Shown here: piece by piece, positions 17,358-27,070 of the stretch
Layout: each line of letters opens with the position of its first letter
Position numbering within the stretch: the first letter of the stretch is position 1
DNA from: an uncultured Candidatus Actinomarina sp.
GTDB taxonomy: Bacteria; Actinomycetota; Acidimicrobiia; Actinomarinales; Actinomarinaceae
Length of the DNA: 64,000 nt
Reading direction: 5' to 3'
Assembly: GCA_902635945.1 (NCBI GenBank)
Contig: CACPPU010000001.1
Coordinates: 211,891 to 275,890, forward strand
Program-made: the position numbers and the translations under genes
The notes under the pieces: model-generated
Databases searched by the model: none
What the model saw: the letters and a program-made list of their open reading frames with translations, nothing else
Told to the model about the DNA's origin: nothing

Positions 17358-18715
17358 TTTTTCTTTTTCCTGTCGACATATCCTTCGACATTTTTTTGAT
17401 TATTTCTCTCAATTCCTAATGCTTTTGATGGAACATCTTTAGTAATAACTGAACCTGCTCCAATCATAGATTCTTCTCCAATTGTAACTGGGGCAATTAA
17501 CATCACATCTGATCCTATAAATGCTCCATCTTTAATCTCTGTTTTGTGCTTTTCTTTTCCATCGTAATTAACAGTAATTGCACCCGCAGAGAAATTAACA
17601 TTCTCCCCTAGTTCAGCATCTCCAACATAAGCAAGGTGAGGTACTTTGCTTCCTTTACCTATTTTTGACTTTTTAGTTTCTGCAAAAGAACCAACTTTGA
17701 CTCCCTCTCCTAGTTCAGAACCTGGTCTGATGTGAGCAAATGGTCCTATGTTTCCATTTTCTTGGATTGTTGATTGATCTATTACAGAATTTATTACTGT
17801 TGAATTTTTTCCAATACTGGAGTCATTAATTTGAGCATTTGGACCAATTACACAGTCAATATCAATACTAGTTTTGCCAGTTAAATGAGTGTTAGCTAAT
17901 ATTTTTGTCCCAGAAGATATAGTTACTTCAGAGTCAATGTAAGTGGAAGTAGGATCTTGAAAATAAACACCCTGTTCCATGAAACCTTCAATTAATTTTT
18001 TCTGCATTATGTCTTCAACTTCGTTTAGTTGACTCATAGAGTTTATTCCTTTAATTGAGTCTTCATCTACTTGTACTATAACGATATCTTGTTTTTGATT
18101 ATTTGCAATACCTATTAAGTCAGTTAAGTAAAATTCTCCTTGGGCATTTTTAGTATCTAGAGAGTCAATATTATCAATTAAGAAATCTGTATTAAAACAA
18201 TAAATACCTGAATTGATTTCATTAATTTTTCTTTCATCATCATTGCAGTCTTTTTCTTCCACAATTCTTATCTCTTTATTATTTCTAACAACTCTTCCAT
18301 ACCCATATGGATTTTTCACTTTAGAAGTAAGGAATCCTACTGATGAAGATTTAGTTTTTACTTCGCTTATAAGATTTTGGATATCTTTAGCATCAATGGC
18401 TGGAACATCCCCTGGAACAACTAATGTAAATTCAGATTTATTTTCAACAAATATTTCACCGCTAACAACAGTGGAAACTGCATGTCCTGTACCTAATTGC
18501 TCTTTCTGTAATATATGTTTTGTTGTAGGAGGTAATGAATCAACAACCATATCTGATTCATGCCCTACAACTACATACTGGTTTTCAATAAAAGAAAGTG
18601 TATCTAAAGAATGAGCGAGTATTGCTTTACCAAGAACTTTGTTTAAAACCTTAGGCAAGTTGGACTTCATCCTAGTCCCTTTACCTGCTGCTAATACTAC
18701 GACTGATACACTCAT
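17354..18715 (-). CDS. glmU: Bifunctional UDP-N-acetylglucosamine pyrophosphorylase / GlcN-1-P N-acetyltransferase
   Basis: VVLAAGKGTRMKSNLPKVL at the N-terminus and C-terminal hexapeptide (LbH) repeats. It overlaps prs by 4 nt. Confidence 0.95.
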   Translation of the reverse strand: MSVSVVVLAAGKGTRMKSNLPKVLNKVLGKAILAHSLDTLSFIENQYVVVGHESDMVVDSLPPTTKHILQKEQLGTGHAVSTVVSGEIFVENKSEFTLVVPGDVPAIDAKDIQNLISEVKTKSSSVGFLTSKVKNPYGYGRVVRNNKEIRIVEEKDCNDDERKINEINSGIYCFNTDFLIDNIDSLDTKNAQGEFYLTDLIGIANNQKQDIVIVQVDEDSIKGINSMSQLNEVEDIMQKKLIEGFMEQGVYFQDPTSTYIDSEVTISSGTKILANTHLTGKTSIDIDCVIGPNAQINDSSIGKNSTVINSVIDQSTIQENGNIGPFAHIRPGSELGEGVKVGSFAETKKSKIGKGSKVPHLAYVGDAELGENVNFSAGAITVNYDGKEKHKTEIKDGAFIGSDVMLIAPVTIGEESMIGAGSVITKDVPSKALGIERNNQKNVEGYVDRKKKK

Positions 18716-18725
18716 TTATAAAATA

Positions 18726-18800
18726 CTGGCTGGGGGAGAAGGACTCGAACCCTCAACGTTGGGACCAAAACCCAATGTGTTGCCAATTACACCATCCCCC
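18726..18800 (-). tRNA. tRNA-Gln (anticodon UUG), CCA encoded
   Basis: Manual cloverleaf fold: acceptor TGGGGGA/TCCCCCA, anticodon stem TTGGG/CCCAA, loop TTTTGGT (34-36 = TTG), T-loop TTCGAGT. Total 75 nt. Confidence 0.9.
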
Positions 18801-18818
18801 ATTTGTTATAAACTTATA

Positions 18819-19631
18819 TTAATCATCATTCTGATACAAACTACAATCAATTTTTTTACAATATTGAATAAAACTAAAATTAACATTTTCAGGTTTTAAT
18901 TCTTCTCTTGCTTCGATAATAGAAAAGAAAGATGATCCGCTCCCAGACATAAAAAATTTGTTCTGGTATTTTTCTTGAAGACCGTCTCTCAAAGATACGA
19001 GTTCAGGATATAGCTCAGTAGCAGCTGGCCAAAGATCATTAAAAATCTCAATTTTATTCCAAGTATCTGTATCTCTATTTTTAGAATCCAAGGAATCAAA
19101 TGTATTAAATACGTCCTTAGTGCTTAGTCCAACTTTGGGTACTGCAATTAATAAATCTAAGTCAGTATTTAAATCTAATGGTTTTACAATCTCACCAATC
19201 CCTGTAATTACTGCTGAAACACCTTGAACAAAAAATGGAACATCGCTACCTACTTCACGAACTATTTCAAGATTTGAAGGTAAATCTATTTCATAATTAT
19301 CGCAAAGATATCGAATTACTGCTCCCGCATCAGAACTTCCACCACCGAGTCCACTATTGTAAGGAATTTTTTTATTGATATAAATATCAAAGCTTTTATC
19401 AAAAGAAGGATTATTTTTCCTTATAAGTTTCAAAGCTTTGTGAATCGTGCTTTCAATTTTGTTGAGATTTTCATCACTGAATTTGATATTTTCACTTATT
19501 GATTCTTCGATTTCTATATCGTCATATATATCAACAGGTATCATCAGAGAAGATAGTTTATGTAAACTGTCTTGTTTTTCAGAAAAAATTTCCAAATTTA
19601 AATTTATTTTTGCTGATGTACTTAATTTCAT
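18819..19631 (-). CDS. ispE: 4-diphosphocytidyl-2-C-methyl-D-erythritol kinase
   Basis: KINLNLEI and the GHMP kinase motif PYNSGLGGGSSDAGAV. Confidence 0.9.
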   Translation of the reverse strand: MKLSTSAKINLNLEIFSEKQDSLHKLSSLMIPVDIYDDIEIEESISENIKFSDENLNKIESTIHKALKLIRKNNPSFDKSFDIYINKKIPYNSGLGGGSSDAGAVIRYLCDNYEIDLPSNLEIVREVGSDVPFFVQGVSAVITGIGEIVKPLDLNTDLDLLIAVPKVGLSTKDVFNTFDSLDSKNRDTDTWNKIEIFNDLWPAATELYPELVSLRDGLQEKYQNKFFMSGSGSSFFSIIEAREELKPENVNFSFIQYCKKIDCSLYQNDD

Positions 19632-20419
19632 TTTGATTCCTCAGCAATTAATAAAAAATCCTCTGGACTCAAATCGGAAGCACGTAAATTTGCGTCTAAA
19701 TTGAGTTTGCTAAGTTGATCTTCATTGACTATCGAACTTAATGAACTTCTAATCTTTTTTCGTTTCTGCTGAAATGCAATTTTAGATATTTCAAAAGCTT
19801 TAAACCTAATATCTTCATCAAACAAACTCTCTCTTTGAATAGTCACAACGGTTGATGTAACTTTTGGTTGTGGATAGAAGCAATTTTTTGAGACATCGAA
19901 TTGTATCTTTGTTTCCGTAAACAATTGGAATAAAACTGAAAGCGATCCATAATCCTTTGTTCCCGTTTTAGCAACCATTCTCTCACCAACTTCTTTTTGG
20001 ACCATCACTACATATCTGTGGATCACAGGCACTTCAGTAATAAGATTTACCAATAAACGTGTGCCGATGTTGTAAGGCAAATTAGAGACAAATATCCACC
20101 AAGGTCCAGTTAAAGTTTGATAATCAAACCCCATTGCATCCTCATTGTAAATTTCTATATTCGGTATTCCCGAAAATCTTTCATGTAATACATCTGATGC
20201 TGCTTTATCTAGTTCTACAGCTTTAATCCTGTAGTTGTCTTTAAGTAATTCATTAGTTAACGATCCGGTTCCTGGGCCGACTTCTATAATTGGATCAGCC
20301 AATTGGCCCTGGACTAATTTTGTGATTTTTCTCGAAATGTTTGTATCTATTAAAAAATTTTGTCCAAGTTTATATTTTGGTTTATCTTTTAATTTCTCTA
20401 TCCAAAAATATTCACTCAT
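19628..20419 (-). CDS. rsmA: 16S rRNA (adenine1518/1519-N6)-dimethyltransferase
   Basis: KLGQNFLIDTNISRKI and the SAM motif IIEVGPGTGSLT. Confidence 0.9.
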   Translation of the reverse strand: MSEYFWIEKLKDKPKYKLGQNFLIDTNISRKITKLVQGQLADPIIEVGPGTGSLTNELLKDNYRIKAVELDKAASDVLHERFSGIPNIEIYNEDAMGFDYQTLTGPWWIFVSNLPYNIGTRLLVNLITEVPVIHRYVVMVQKEVGERMVAKTGTKDYGSLSVLFQLFTETKIQFDVSKNCFYPQPKVTSTVVTIQRESLFDEDIRFKAFEISKIAFQQKRKKIRSSLSSIVNEDQLSKLNLDANLRASDLSPEDFLLIAEESK

Positions 20420-21192
20420 TAGGTTTCTCGATTCATTACTTTATTTGTGTTTGTAATTGTAATCTTGGAAAGTTCATTAGCTGTTATGCCAAGCAGCTCT
20501 GCTAGCTTTGCTCCAGTAAATTTAATGTACGTTGGATTATTTCTTTTACCTTTAAATGGTTGCGGGGCTAGATAGGGAACATCTGTTTCTAAGAGTATCT
20601 TGTCTATTGGGATGTTTTTTACTGCAGCTTGTAAATCATGTGCAGTATCGTAAGTTACTATTCCTGAAATTGAAAAATAGACACCAAGGTCAATAAATTT
20701 TTTAGTCCACTTATTTCCTCCAGTCCATGAATGCAAAATAATCGGATTAGTAGTTTCTCTGGTGCTTAAAGTATTAAAAACATCTGAAAAGCTATCCCTG
20801 CAGTGAATAATCAAGGGTTTATTTAATTCTTTCGATACATCTAAATGAAATTCAAAATTTTTTATTTGATTTTCTTTAGATGACAAATTTCTATAGTAAT
20901 CCAGGCCTGTCTCACCAATTAAATCAGCATCCTCCATTAATACTTGTAACTCATTTTTTATATCTTCTAATGAGTCAGCTTCATGGGGATGAAGACCTGC
21001 TGACCAATAAGATTTTTCTGGATAAGTTAGTGAGAACTCTTTGGCTTTTAATGAAGATGATACATCTACACCAGGAATGATAAAGTACTCTAAATTAGAT
21101 ATATCTTCTTCATTTATCTCATCACCCATCAACTGTAAATGACAATGGGTATCTACCCACTTTATATCCTCTAATGTTTCCATTTTATTCAC
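20419..21192 (-). CDS. tatD: TatD-family metal-dependent hydrolase/DNase
   Basis: WVDTHCHL at the N-terminus and the typical ~257 aa length. Confidence 0.85.
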   Translation of the reverse strand: MNKMETLEDIKWVDTHCHLQLMGDEINEEDISNLEYFIIPGVDVSSSLKAKEFSLTYPEKSYWSAGLHPHEADSLEDIKNELQVLMEDADLIGETGLDYYRNLSSKENQIKNFEFHLDVSKELNKPLIIHCRDSFSDVFNTLSTRETTNPIILHSWTGGNKWTKKFIDLGVYFSISGIVTYDTAHDLQAAVKNIPIDKILLETDVPYLAPQPFKGKRNNPTYIKFTGAKLAELLGITANELSKITITNTNKVMNRET

Positions 21193-21222
21193 TACTATAT
21201 AAGGATAGGATTATATAAATTT

Positions 21223-21462
21223 ATGAGTAAAGGCAACTTAAGTAAAATTGACAATTTAGGCCGTGTTGTTATTCCTAAATCTATAAGAAAAGCATTAAAT
21301 ATTGAGCATAATGACGAAATATCAATGTATGTTGAGGGTGAAAGCTTAGTTATTAAAAAAGGTCACAGATCATGTTCTCTGTGTGACTCAAAAGAAATAA
21401 AACATCAAATTGGTACAAAATTTATATGTACTGATTGTGTCAACAATATCAAAGATCTTTAA
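21223..21462 (+). CDS. AbrB/MazE/SpoVT-type DNA-binding domain protein with a C-terminal CxxC...CxxC zinc-ribbon-like tail
   Basis: LGRVVIPKSIRKALNIEHNDEISMYVEGESLVIKK (swapped-hairpin motif), then CSLCDS...CTDC. Confidence 0.7.
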   Translation: MSKGNLSKIDNLGRVVIPKSIRKALNIEHNDEISMYVEGESLVIKKGHRSCSLCDSKEIKHQIGTKFICTDCVNNIKDL

Positions 21463-22261
21463 TCTTTTCATATAGTTCATTAACCGACATATCTGATACG
21501 TAAGATAAAGATTTGGCTATTTCTCTTTTTGGAACCTTATGATCTAATAATATTTTTACAGCAGAATCAATATCCAAATCTATTTTTTTATCATTTTTTG
21601 AAGGACCTATAACTATTGTTATTTCACCTTTTAAGTTTTCTGAAATTTGATTTTTTAAACTGCTTGCCGTCCCTCTGTATATAGTCTCAAATTTTTTAGT
21701 CAGCTCTCTACATATAACAATCTCTGAATCCAGTCCTTTTTTTTCAAAATAATCTAGATCTTTGAGGAGTCTTTTTGGAGATGTAAAACAAACTGATGGC
21801 ATCTTAGAATTATGCAATTTAATAACAAATTCTTCCCTTTCTTTTCCTGCTTTTGGAACAAAGCCTAAAAATTGAAATTCTTTTAATTCGAAACCAGAAA
21901 CTGTTAGAGCTGTCAAAACGCTTGAGGGTCCTGGAATAGAAACAATATTGTAATTTTTTTGCGCCAATTGTTGAATTAATACGTTTCCTGGATCAGAAAT
22001 AAGAGGCGTTCCAGCATCAGAAATTAATGCAACATTCATACCTTTACTAAGTGTTTCCTCTATTTCACTGATCTTAGTTACTTCATTACCTACAAAATAT
22101 GATTTTAAAGGAGTAGTTATAGAAAAGTTATCAGTTAGCTTTTTGGCCCTTCTTGTATCTTCACAATAAATTACATCAACAGAAGCTAATGTTTTCAAAA
22201 TACGATCAGAAATGTCTTCTAGATTTCCAATCGGTGTTGGACAGATGAAGAGAGTACTCAT
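21449..22261 (-). CDS. rsmI: 16S rRNA (cytidine1402-2'-O)-methyltransferase
   Basis: LFICPTPIGNLEDIS and IYCEDTRRAKKL. Confidence 0.9.
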   Translation of the reverse strand: MSTLFICPTPIGNLEDISDRILKTLASVDVIYCEDTRRAKKLTDNFSITTPLKSYFVGNEVTKISEIEETLSKGMNVALISDAGTPLISDPGNVLIQQLAQKNYNIVSIPGPSSVLTALTVSGFELKEFQFLGFVPKAGKEREEFVIKLHNSKMPSVCFTSPKRLLKDLDYFEKKGLDSEIVICRELTKKFETIYRGTASSLKNQISENLKGEITIVIGPSKNDKKIDLDIDSAVKILLDHKVPKREIAKSLSYVSDMSVNELYEKIKDL

Positions 22262-22265
22262 TCTT

Positions 22266-23660
22266 TTAAAAGTCGCTAAATTGGTTACTTATTGAATTTA
22301 GTAACTCAATATCTTGTGAGAGAACAAGCCTCATAGAACTTGTGTCTTTAGAAATCCAAAAATTAGTATCTCCAATGTATAGAGTTCCACCGGCAAAAGA
22401 TTCTGAACTACTAAATCTTGACTGTGAATCTGCCCATAGTAAAAATGCATCATTGATTTCTTGAAGTTCGTTTTGATTGTCACCAGTAATCTTTATAGTC
22501 ATCAAAAGATTTCCAGAATTGTCTTCATAATCTTTCCATGCACCTCCACCTATACCAACTGCTGCGTTTATTGCATTTTTTTGACCTATCTTATCTTGCA
22601 TTAAATAAACTAAATCTAAAGATCCTAGAATCCCCTCATCAACCAACGAATACCCATCAACTTCTATAGAATCTATAATTACCTCTTCATATCTTTCATC
22701 AGTAAAGAATTTTTCAGGTGCATAAATTTGCTCAGAAGTTGGAAGAGTATTTAAGCCATCATTTACGTATCTATATAGGGCATCGTTGAGTGCTTCCATT
22801 TTGCCATTCTTAATAATCTCTTTAGCCAAAACTGGTCCAATGTTGTAATACAGTTCAGCTGGGATATAAAAATATGATGGAAGACTTACTCTACAAGTAA
22901 TGTTAGGGATTTGTGAATTGAAAGTCTGTCTGTCATATTCATCAAAGGCTCCTGTCCATTTGCCCTCTACATAGTCTGCTTGTGCCTCCATTAATGCCAC
23001 AACACCTGGATAGTATGTAAAATCATCTAATTCGTCCATTTCTTCATACCACTTATCTGTAGCGAAATGCTGACCTTGAAGAGAGTGGACTAACTCGTGA
23101 ACAACAACGCTTTGTTCATATAAGTTTAATTTTTTTTGTTTTTTCTTAATTGGAACTCTTAAAATTTTATCTAATAAGTTATATGAGCCTGCTGAAAAAC
23201 ATCTTTGAAATTCAACTTGAAGATTTAATAACTCATCTGGTGACAAATTATTTAAACCCCACATATTTTGAGAAAGTACTGCTCTCGCCCACTCACCCTC
23301 TTCATAGTCTTCTTCAAAGTCATCAAGATAGGAAAGTGCGTTATATTCTTGGTAATCACTAAGTGAATAAAAATGATATTCAGGATCAGAAGTAAATTCA
23401 AGTCCAACCCATTTTTCAACAAATTTCATCAATTCTTTTATCTGATCCTGCATTTCAATGGGTGGTTCAACTAGTTCTAATCCAAACTCATCTAAAGCAA
23501 AGGGTTCTTCGACGGCAATAGTTGTTGTACTCGTTGAGGTGGTTGAGCTCTCTTCAGTTACTAGTTCGGAAGATTCAACAGAAACGTCATCTGCAATGGG
23601 ATCTGCAGATGAGCATGAAATTAAAATTAAAGCTAATAATGTTAATAAATATTTTCTCAT
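22266..23660 (-). CDS. Putative lipoprotein with a Thr-rich linker and an HExxH metalloprotease-like motif
   Basis: Lipobox LILISC, the linker SSTTSTSTTTI, and HELVHSLQ. I recognise no family. Confidence 0.6.
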   Translation of the reverse strand: MRKYLLTLLALILISCSSADPIADDVSVESSELVTEESSTTSTSTTTIAVEEPFALDEFGLELVEPPIEMQDQIKELMKFVEKWVGLEFTSDPEYHFYSLSDYQEYNALSYLDDFEEDYEEGEWARAVLSQNMWGLNNLSPDELLNLQVEFQRCFSAGSYNLLDKILRVPIKKKQKKLNLYEQSVVVHELVHSLQGQHFATDKWYEEMDELDDFTYYPGVVALMEAQADYVEGKWTGAFDEYDRQTFNSQIPNITCRVSLPSYFYIPAELYYNIGPVLAKEIIKNGKMEALNDALYRYVNDGLNTLPTSEQIYAPEKFFTDERYEEVIIDSIEVDGYSLVDEGILGSLDLVYLMQDKIGQKNAINAAVGIGGGAWKDYEDNSGNLLMTIKITGDNQNELQEINDAFLLWADSQSRFSSSESFAGGTLYIGDTNFWISKDTSSMRLVLSQDIELLNSISNQFSDF

Positions 23661-23712
23661 AGGTTTTTAGATTACATGTATTCTATTATTTATAAAAACA
23701 ATTGGAGGAAAA

Positions 23713-24117
23713 TTGATTAAGGAATTTAGAAATTTCATCAATCGAGGGAATGTTGTCGAGCTTGGAGTTGCATTTGTTATGGGTGCATCTTTCAAGTCAT
23801 TAGTGGATGTGTTCACAAAGAGATTAATTGAACCTTTAATAGGTCTAATTATTAATCTCCCAAACCTTGATAATTTAGGTCTTTTTGGAGATGTGGATCC
23901 ATCTTCTGGAATGCAAGCTGGGAGTTTTGGAGCTTTTTTAGGTGAGATAATTAACTACACAATTATTGCATTTGTCATGTTTTTAGTAATAAAAGCGTAT
24001 AACCATTTTGAAGACATGGTTGATGATGAAGAAGAAGATTCTGTTGTAGTCGCTGAATCTAAAGAAGTTCAACTATTAAAAGAAATAAGAGACGGCATAA
24101 ATAAAATTAATAAGTAA
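23713..24117 (+). CDS. mscL: Large-conductance mechanosensitive channel
   Basis: EFRNFINRGNVVELGVAFVMGASF. TTG start with GGAGG 5 nt upstream. Confidence 0.9.
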   Translation: MIKEFRNFINRGNVVELGVAFVMGASFKSLVDVFTKRLIEPLIGLIINLPNLDNLGLFGDVDPSSGMQAGSFGAFLGEIINYTIIAFVMFLVIKAYNHFEDMVDDEEEDSVVVAESKEVQLLKEIRDGINKINK

Positions 24118-24134
24118 TTAAGTAAAATAAATTA

Positions 24135-25895
24135 ATGAGTCAAAGTAACTTAAAACATTTATTTGTTTATTCACAACAGCAAAAGACTAAAGCAAAACGT
24201 GGGATTGTTTATTCAATTCTAAATAAGCTATTTGACCTTGCTCCTCCTGTGTTAATTGGAGTTGCTATTGACATCGTCGTTGAGGGAAATGAATCTTTTC
24301 TATCATCATTCGGTATTCCTGACAGAAGAAGACAACTAATAATTCTTGCCATTTTAACTTTTATAATTTGGGGCCTTGAATCTTTATTTGATTATCTCTC
24401 TGCAGTTACGTGGCGAGGAATTTCTCAAGATATAGAACACAGTTTAAGAACCGAAACGTTTGAAAATGTTTTAAGCCTAGACATGAAATATTTTGAAAAT
24501 AAATCATCTGGAAGGCTGATGGCAATTCTAAATGATGATGTGAATCAGCTTGAGAGATTCCTTGATACCGGAGCTAACAAGTTATTACAAACAGCGACAA
24601 CAGTGATTGTTATAGGAGGTACATTCTTATATATTTCACCATTAATTGCTACATTCGCATTTATACCAATACCAATTATTATCTTTGGTTCATTCAAATT
24701 TACTTCAACTATTGCCAACAGATACGAACGAATTAGAGAATCAATAGAAACCTTAAATTCAAACCTTTCAAACTCAATTTCAGGAATTCTAAATGTTAAA
24801 AGCTTTACTAGAGAAGTGAAAGAATTAGAACGAATTGAAACCTCTTCAAATGAGGTAAAAAGTGCAAATTACCATGCAATAAAATTATCTGCTGCATTTA
24901 TTCCAATTATTAGAGTTGCAATTTTGTTCGGATTCACAGCAACTTTATTAATTGGTGGATTTTTAGCTCTTGATGGAGAGATTAAAGTTGCAACATACTC
25001 AGTGCTTCTTTTTATTACACAAAGATTATTGTGGCCATTAACTGAATTGGGTGATACATTTGATTTATACCAAAGAGCGATGGCGTCTTTCAATAGAATA
25101 TTTTCACTAAAAAATGAAAGCTCAGAAATTGGTAATGGAGATGTAGAATTCAAAAAACTTGAGAACAACATTGAATTAAAGGATGTTTCGTTCTCGTATG
25201 TTGATAACTTTAATGTATTAAATAATGTTGATTTAACAATTAATGCAGGGCAAACTACTGCAATTGTTGGAAGTACCGGTTCGGGTAAATCTACTTTGAT
25301 TAAACTCTTGTTAAGGCTTTATGAAATTAATAATGGTTCTATATCTTACGACTCAAATAGTCTAAAAGACATTGAACTTTCATCTCTTAGAGAGAAGATT
25401 GGCTTAGTCAGTCAAGATGTATTTTTATTTGAAGGAACTGTAATTGAAAACATAGCCTATGGGGATTTAAATGCTTCAGAAAGTGAAGTGTGGAATGCGG
25501 CGCAAAAGTCTGAAGCTGATGAGTTTATAAATAATTTACCTCAAAAGGAAGAAACAATTGTAGGTGAGAGAGGTCAGAAACTTTCTGGCGGACAGAGACA
25601 GAGAATATCAATAGCAAGAGCGATTCTTAAAAACCCTGAAATTTTAATTTTAGATGAAGCAACTTCATCAGTAGATAATGAAACTGAAGCGGCTATTCAG
25701 CGTTCTCTGGACATTCTTAAAAAAGATAGAACTGTTATTGTTATTGCACATAGGCTTTCAACTGTAAGAAATGCAGACATCATATATGTATTAGAAAATG
25801 GTTCTGTTGTTGAGTCTGGTAATCATGAATCATTATTAGATATTGAAGGTGTTTACTCTAAATTATGGTCAGTTCAAACCGGAGAAAAAATTTAA
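24135..25895 (+). CDS. ABC exporter, fused permease/ATPase (MsbA-like type)
   Basis: Six-TM N-terminal half; Walker A GSTGSGKSTL, signature LSGGQRQRISIARA, Walker B ILILDEATS. Confidence 0.9.
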   Translation: MSQSNLKHLFVYSQQQKTKAKRGIVYSILNKLFDLAPPVLIGVAIDIVVEGNESFLSSFGIPDRRRQLIILAILTFIIWGLESLFDYLSAVTWRGISQDIEHSLRTETFENVLSLDMKYFENKSSGRLMAILNDDVNQLERFLDTGANKLLQTATTVIVIGGTFLYISPLIATFAFIPIPIIIFGSFKFTSTIANRYERIRESIETLNSNLSNSISGILNVKSFTREVKELERIETSSNEVKSANYHAIKLSAAFIPIIRVAILFGFTATLLIGGFLALDGEIKVATYSVLLFITQRLLWPLTELGDTFDLYQRAMASFNRIFSLKNESSEIGNGDVEFKKLENNIELKDVSFSYVDNFNVLNNVDLTINAGQTTAIVGSTGSGKSTLIKLLLRLYEINNGSISYDSNSLKDIELSSLREKIGLVSQDVFLFEGTVIENIAYGDLNASESEVWNAAQKSEADEFINNLPQKEETIVGERGQKLSGGQRQRISIARAILKNPEILILDEATSSVDNETEAAIQRSLDILKKDRTVIVIAHRLSTVRNADIIYVLENGSVVESGNHESLLDIEGVYSKLWSVQTGEKI

Positions 25896-27070
25896 CCAAT
25901 CTCTTTTATGATGTGTTCTCCAATAGCTAAAGATGCTGTAGCTGCAGGACTTGGTGCATTCAGGACATGAAGAGATTGCTCTTTTCTTTCAAATACAAAA
26001 TCATCAATTAGTGAACCGTCTTTACCAACTGCTTGGGCACGAACTCCAGCAATCCTTGGAGTTAAATCTTTTTTAGTAATATCAGGAATATATTTTAAAA
26101 TCTCTCTTAAAAAGACATCCTTATTAAGTGACCTATACATTTCAGATATTCCTGTTGAAAAATATCTTCTACCTAATTTCCACATGCCTGAGTAAAAAAT
26201 AGTTTTACTAAACTCAGGAATATTAATTTTTGACCAGTCATAACCCTCCTTAGCAAATGCTAAGACAGCATTGGGACCAGCTTCGATTTTATTATCAACA
26301 GTCTTGGTTAAATGAATTCCTAGAAAAGGAAGATCTGGATCAGAGATAGGATAAATCATGTTATTAACAAGATGACTTTTCTCTTCAGCAATTGTAAAAT
26401 ACTCACCTCTGAAAGGAATAATTCTTAATTCTGGTTCAATATTATCAAGTTGTGCAATATTATCTGAATACAGCCCCGCGCAATTAATTAAAAATTCAGA
26501 TTGGAAAATGGAGTTGTTACTTTCGAGAATTTTTAAATCATTCTTGGTTTTAATTGATTTAATTTTCTGAAAATATTCTATTGTTCCACCTAGAGATTGA
26601 AGCTTAGAAGCTAATTTTTTTGTAACCACACCATAATCTACAACACCAGCTTGTGGAACATGGAGAGCATTATCAAACTTACAGTATGGCTCAAGTGTTA
26701 ATATATCTGATTTTTCCAAAACTTTTACATCTTCCATACTTAATTGAGTTGCTCTTTCCTCCAAAGAAGATAACTTATTCACATCAGTGTCTACAACAAT
26801 TTTGCCTTCTAGTCTGAATGGGATATTTTCTTCCTCTAGAAATTCCAATAACAATTCTCTGCCTCTTATGCATAAATTAGATTTAAATGAATTCGGTTTG
26901 TAATAAATTCCAGAATGAATGACTCCGGAATTTCTTCCAGACTGATGTTTTCCAGGAGAGGTTTCTTTATCTAAAACTAATACATCGTTCCCTAGACTTT
27001 GAAGTTTCAATGCTGCTGATAAACCTACAATGCCTGCGCCAATAACTGCGTGTGTATATACTTTTTTCAT
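25892..27070 (-). CDS. lhgO: FAD-dependent L-2-hydroxyglutarate oxidase-like oxidoreductase
   Basis: VIGAGIVGLSAALKL and GRNSGVIHSGIYYKPNSFK resemble LhgO/YgaF. Confidence 0.75.
   Translation of the reverse strand: MKKVYTHAVIGAGIVGLSAALKLQSLGNDVLVLDKETSPGKHQSGRNSGVIHSGIYYKPNSFKSNLCIRGRELLLEFLEEENIPFRLEGKIVVDTDVNKLSSLEERATQLSMEDVKVLEKSDILTLEPYCKFDNALHVPQAGVVDYGVVTKKLASKLQSLGGTIEYFQKIKSIKTKNDLKILESNNSIFQSEFLINCAGLYSDNIAQLDNIEPELRIIPFRGEYFTIAEEKSHLVNNMIYPISDPDLPFLGIHLTKTVDNKIEAGPNAVLAFAKEGYDWSKINIPEFSKTIFYSGMWKLGRRYFSTGISEMYRSLNKDVFLREILKYIPDITKKDLTPRIAGVRAQAVGKDGSLIDDFVFERKEQSLHVLNAPSPAATASLAIGEHIIKEIG

Noticed and set aside
18639-18899. 86 aa plus-strand ORF spanning the tRNA-Gln region
   Set aside because: It overlaps a well-folding tRNA on the opposite strand as well as the ends of glmU and ispE, so it is spurious.
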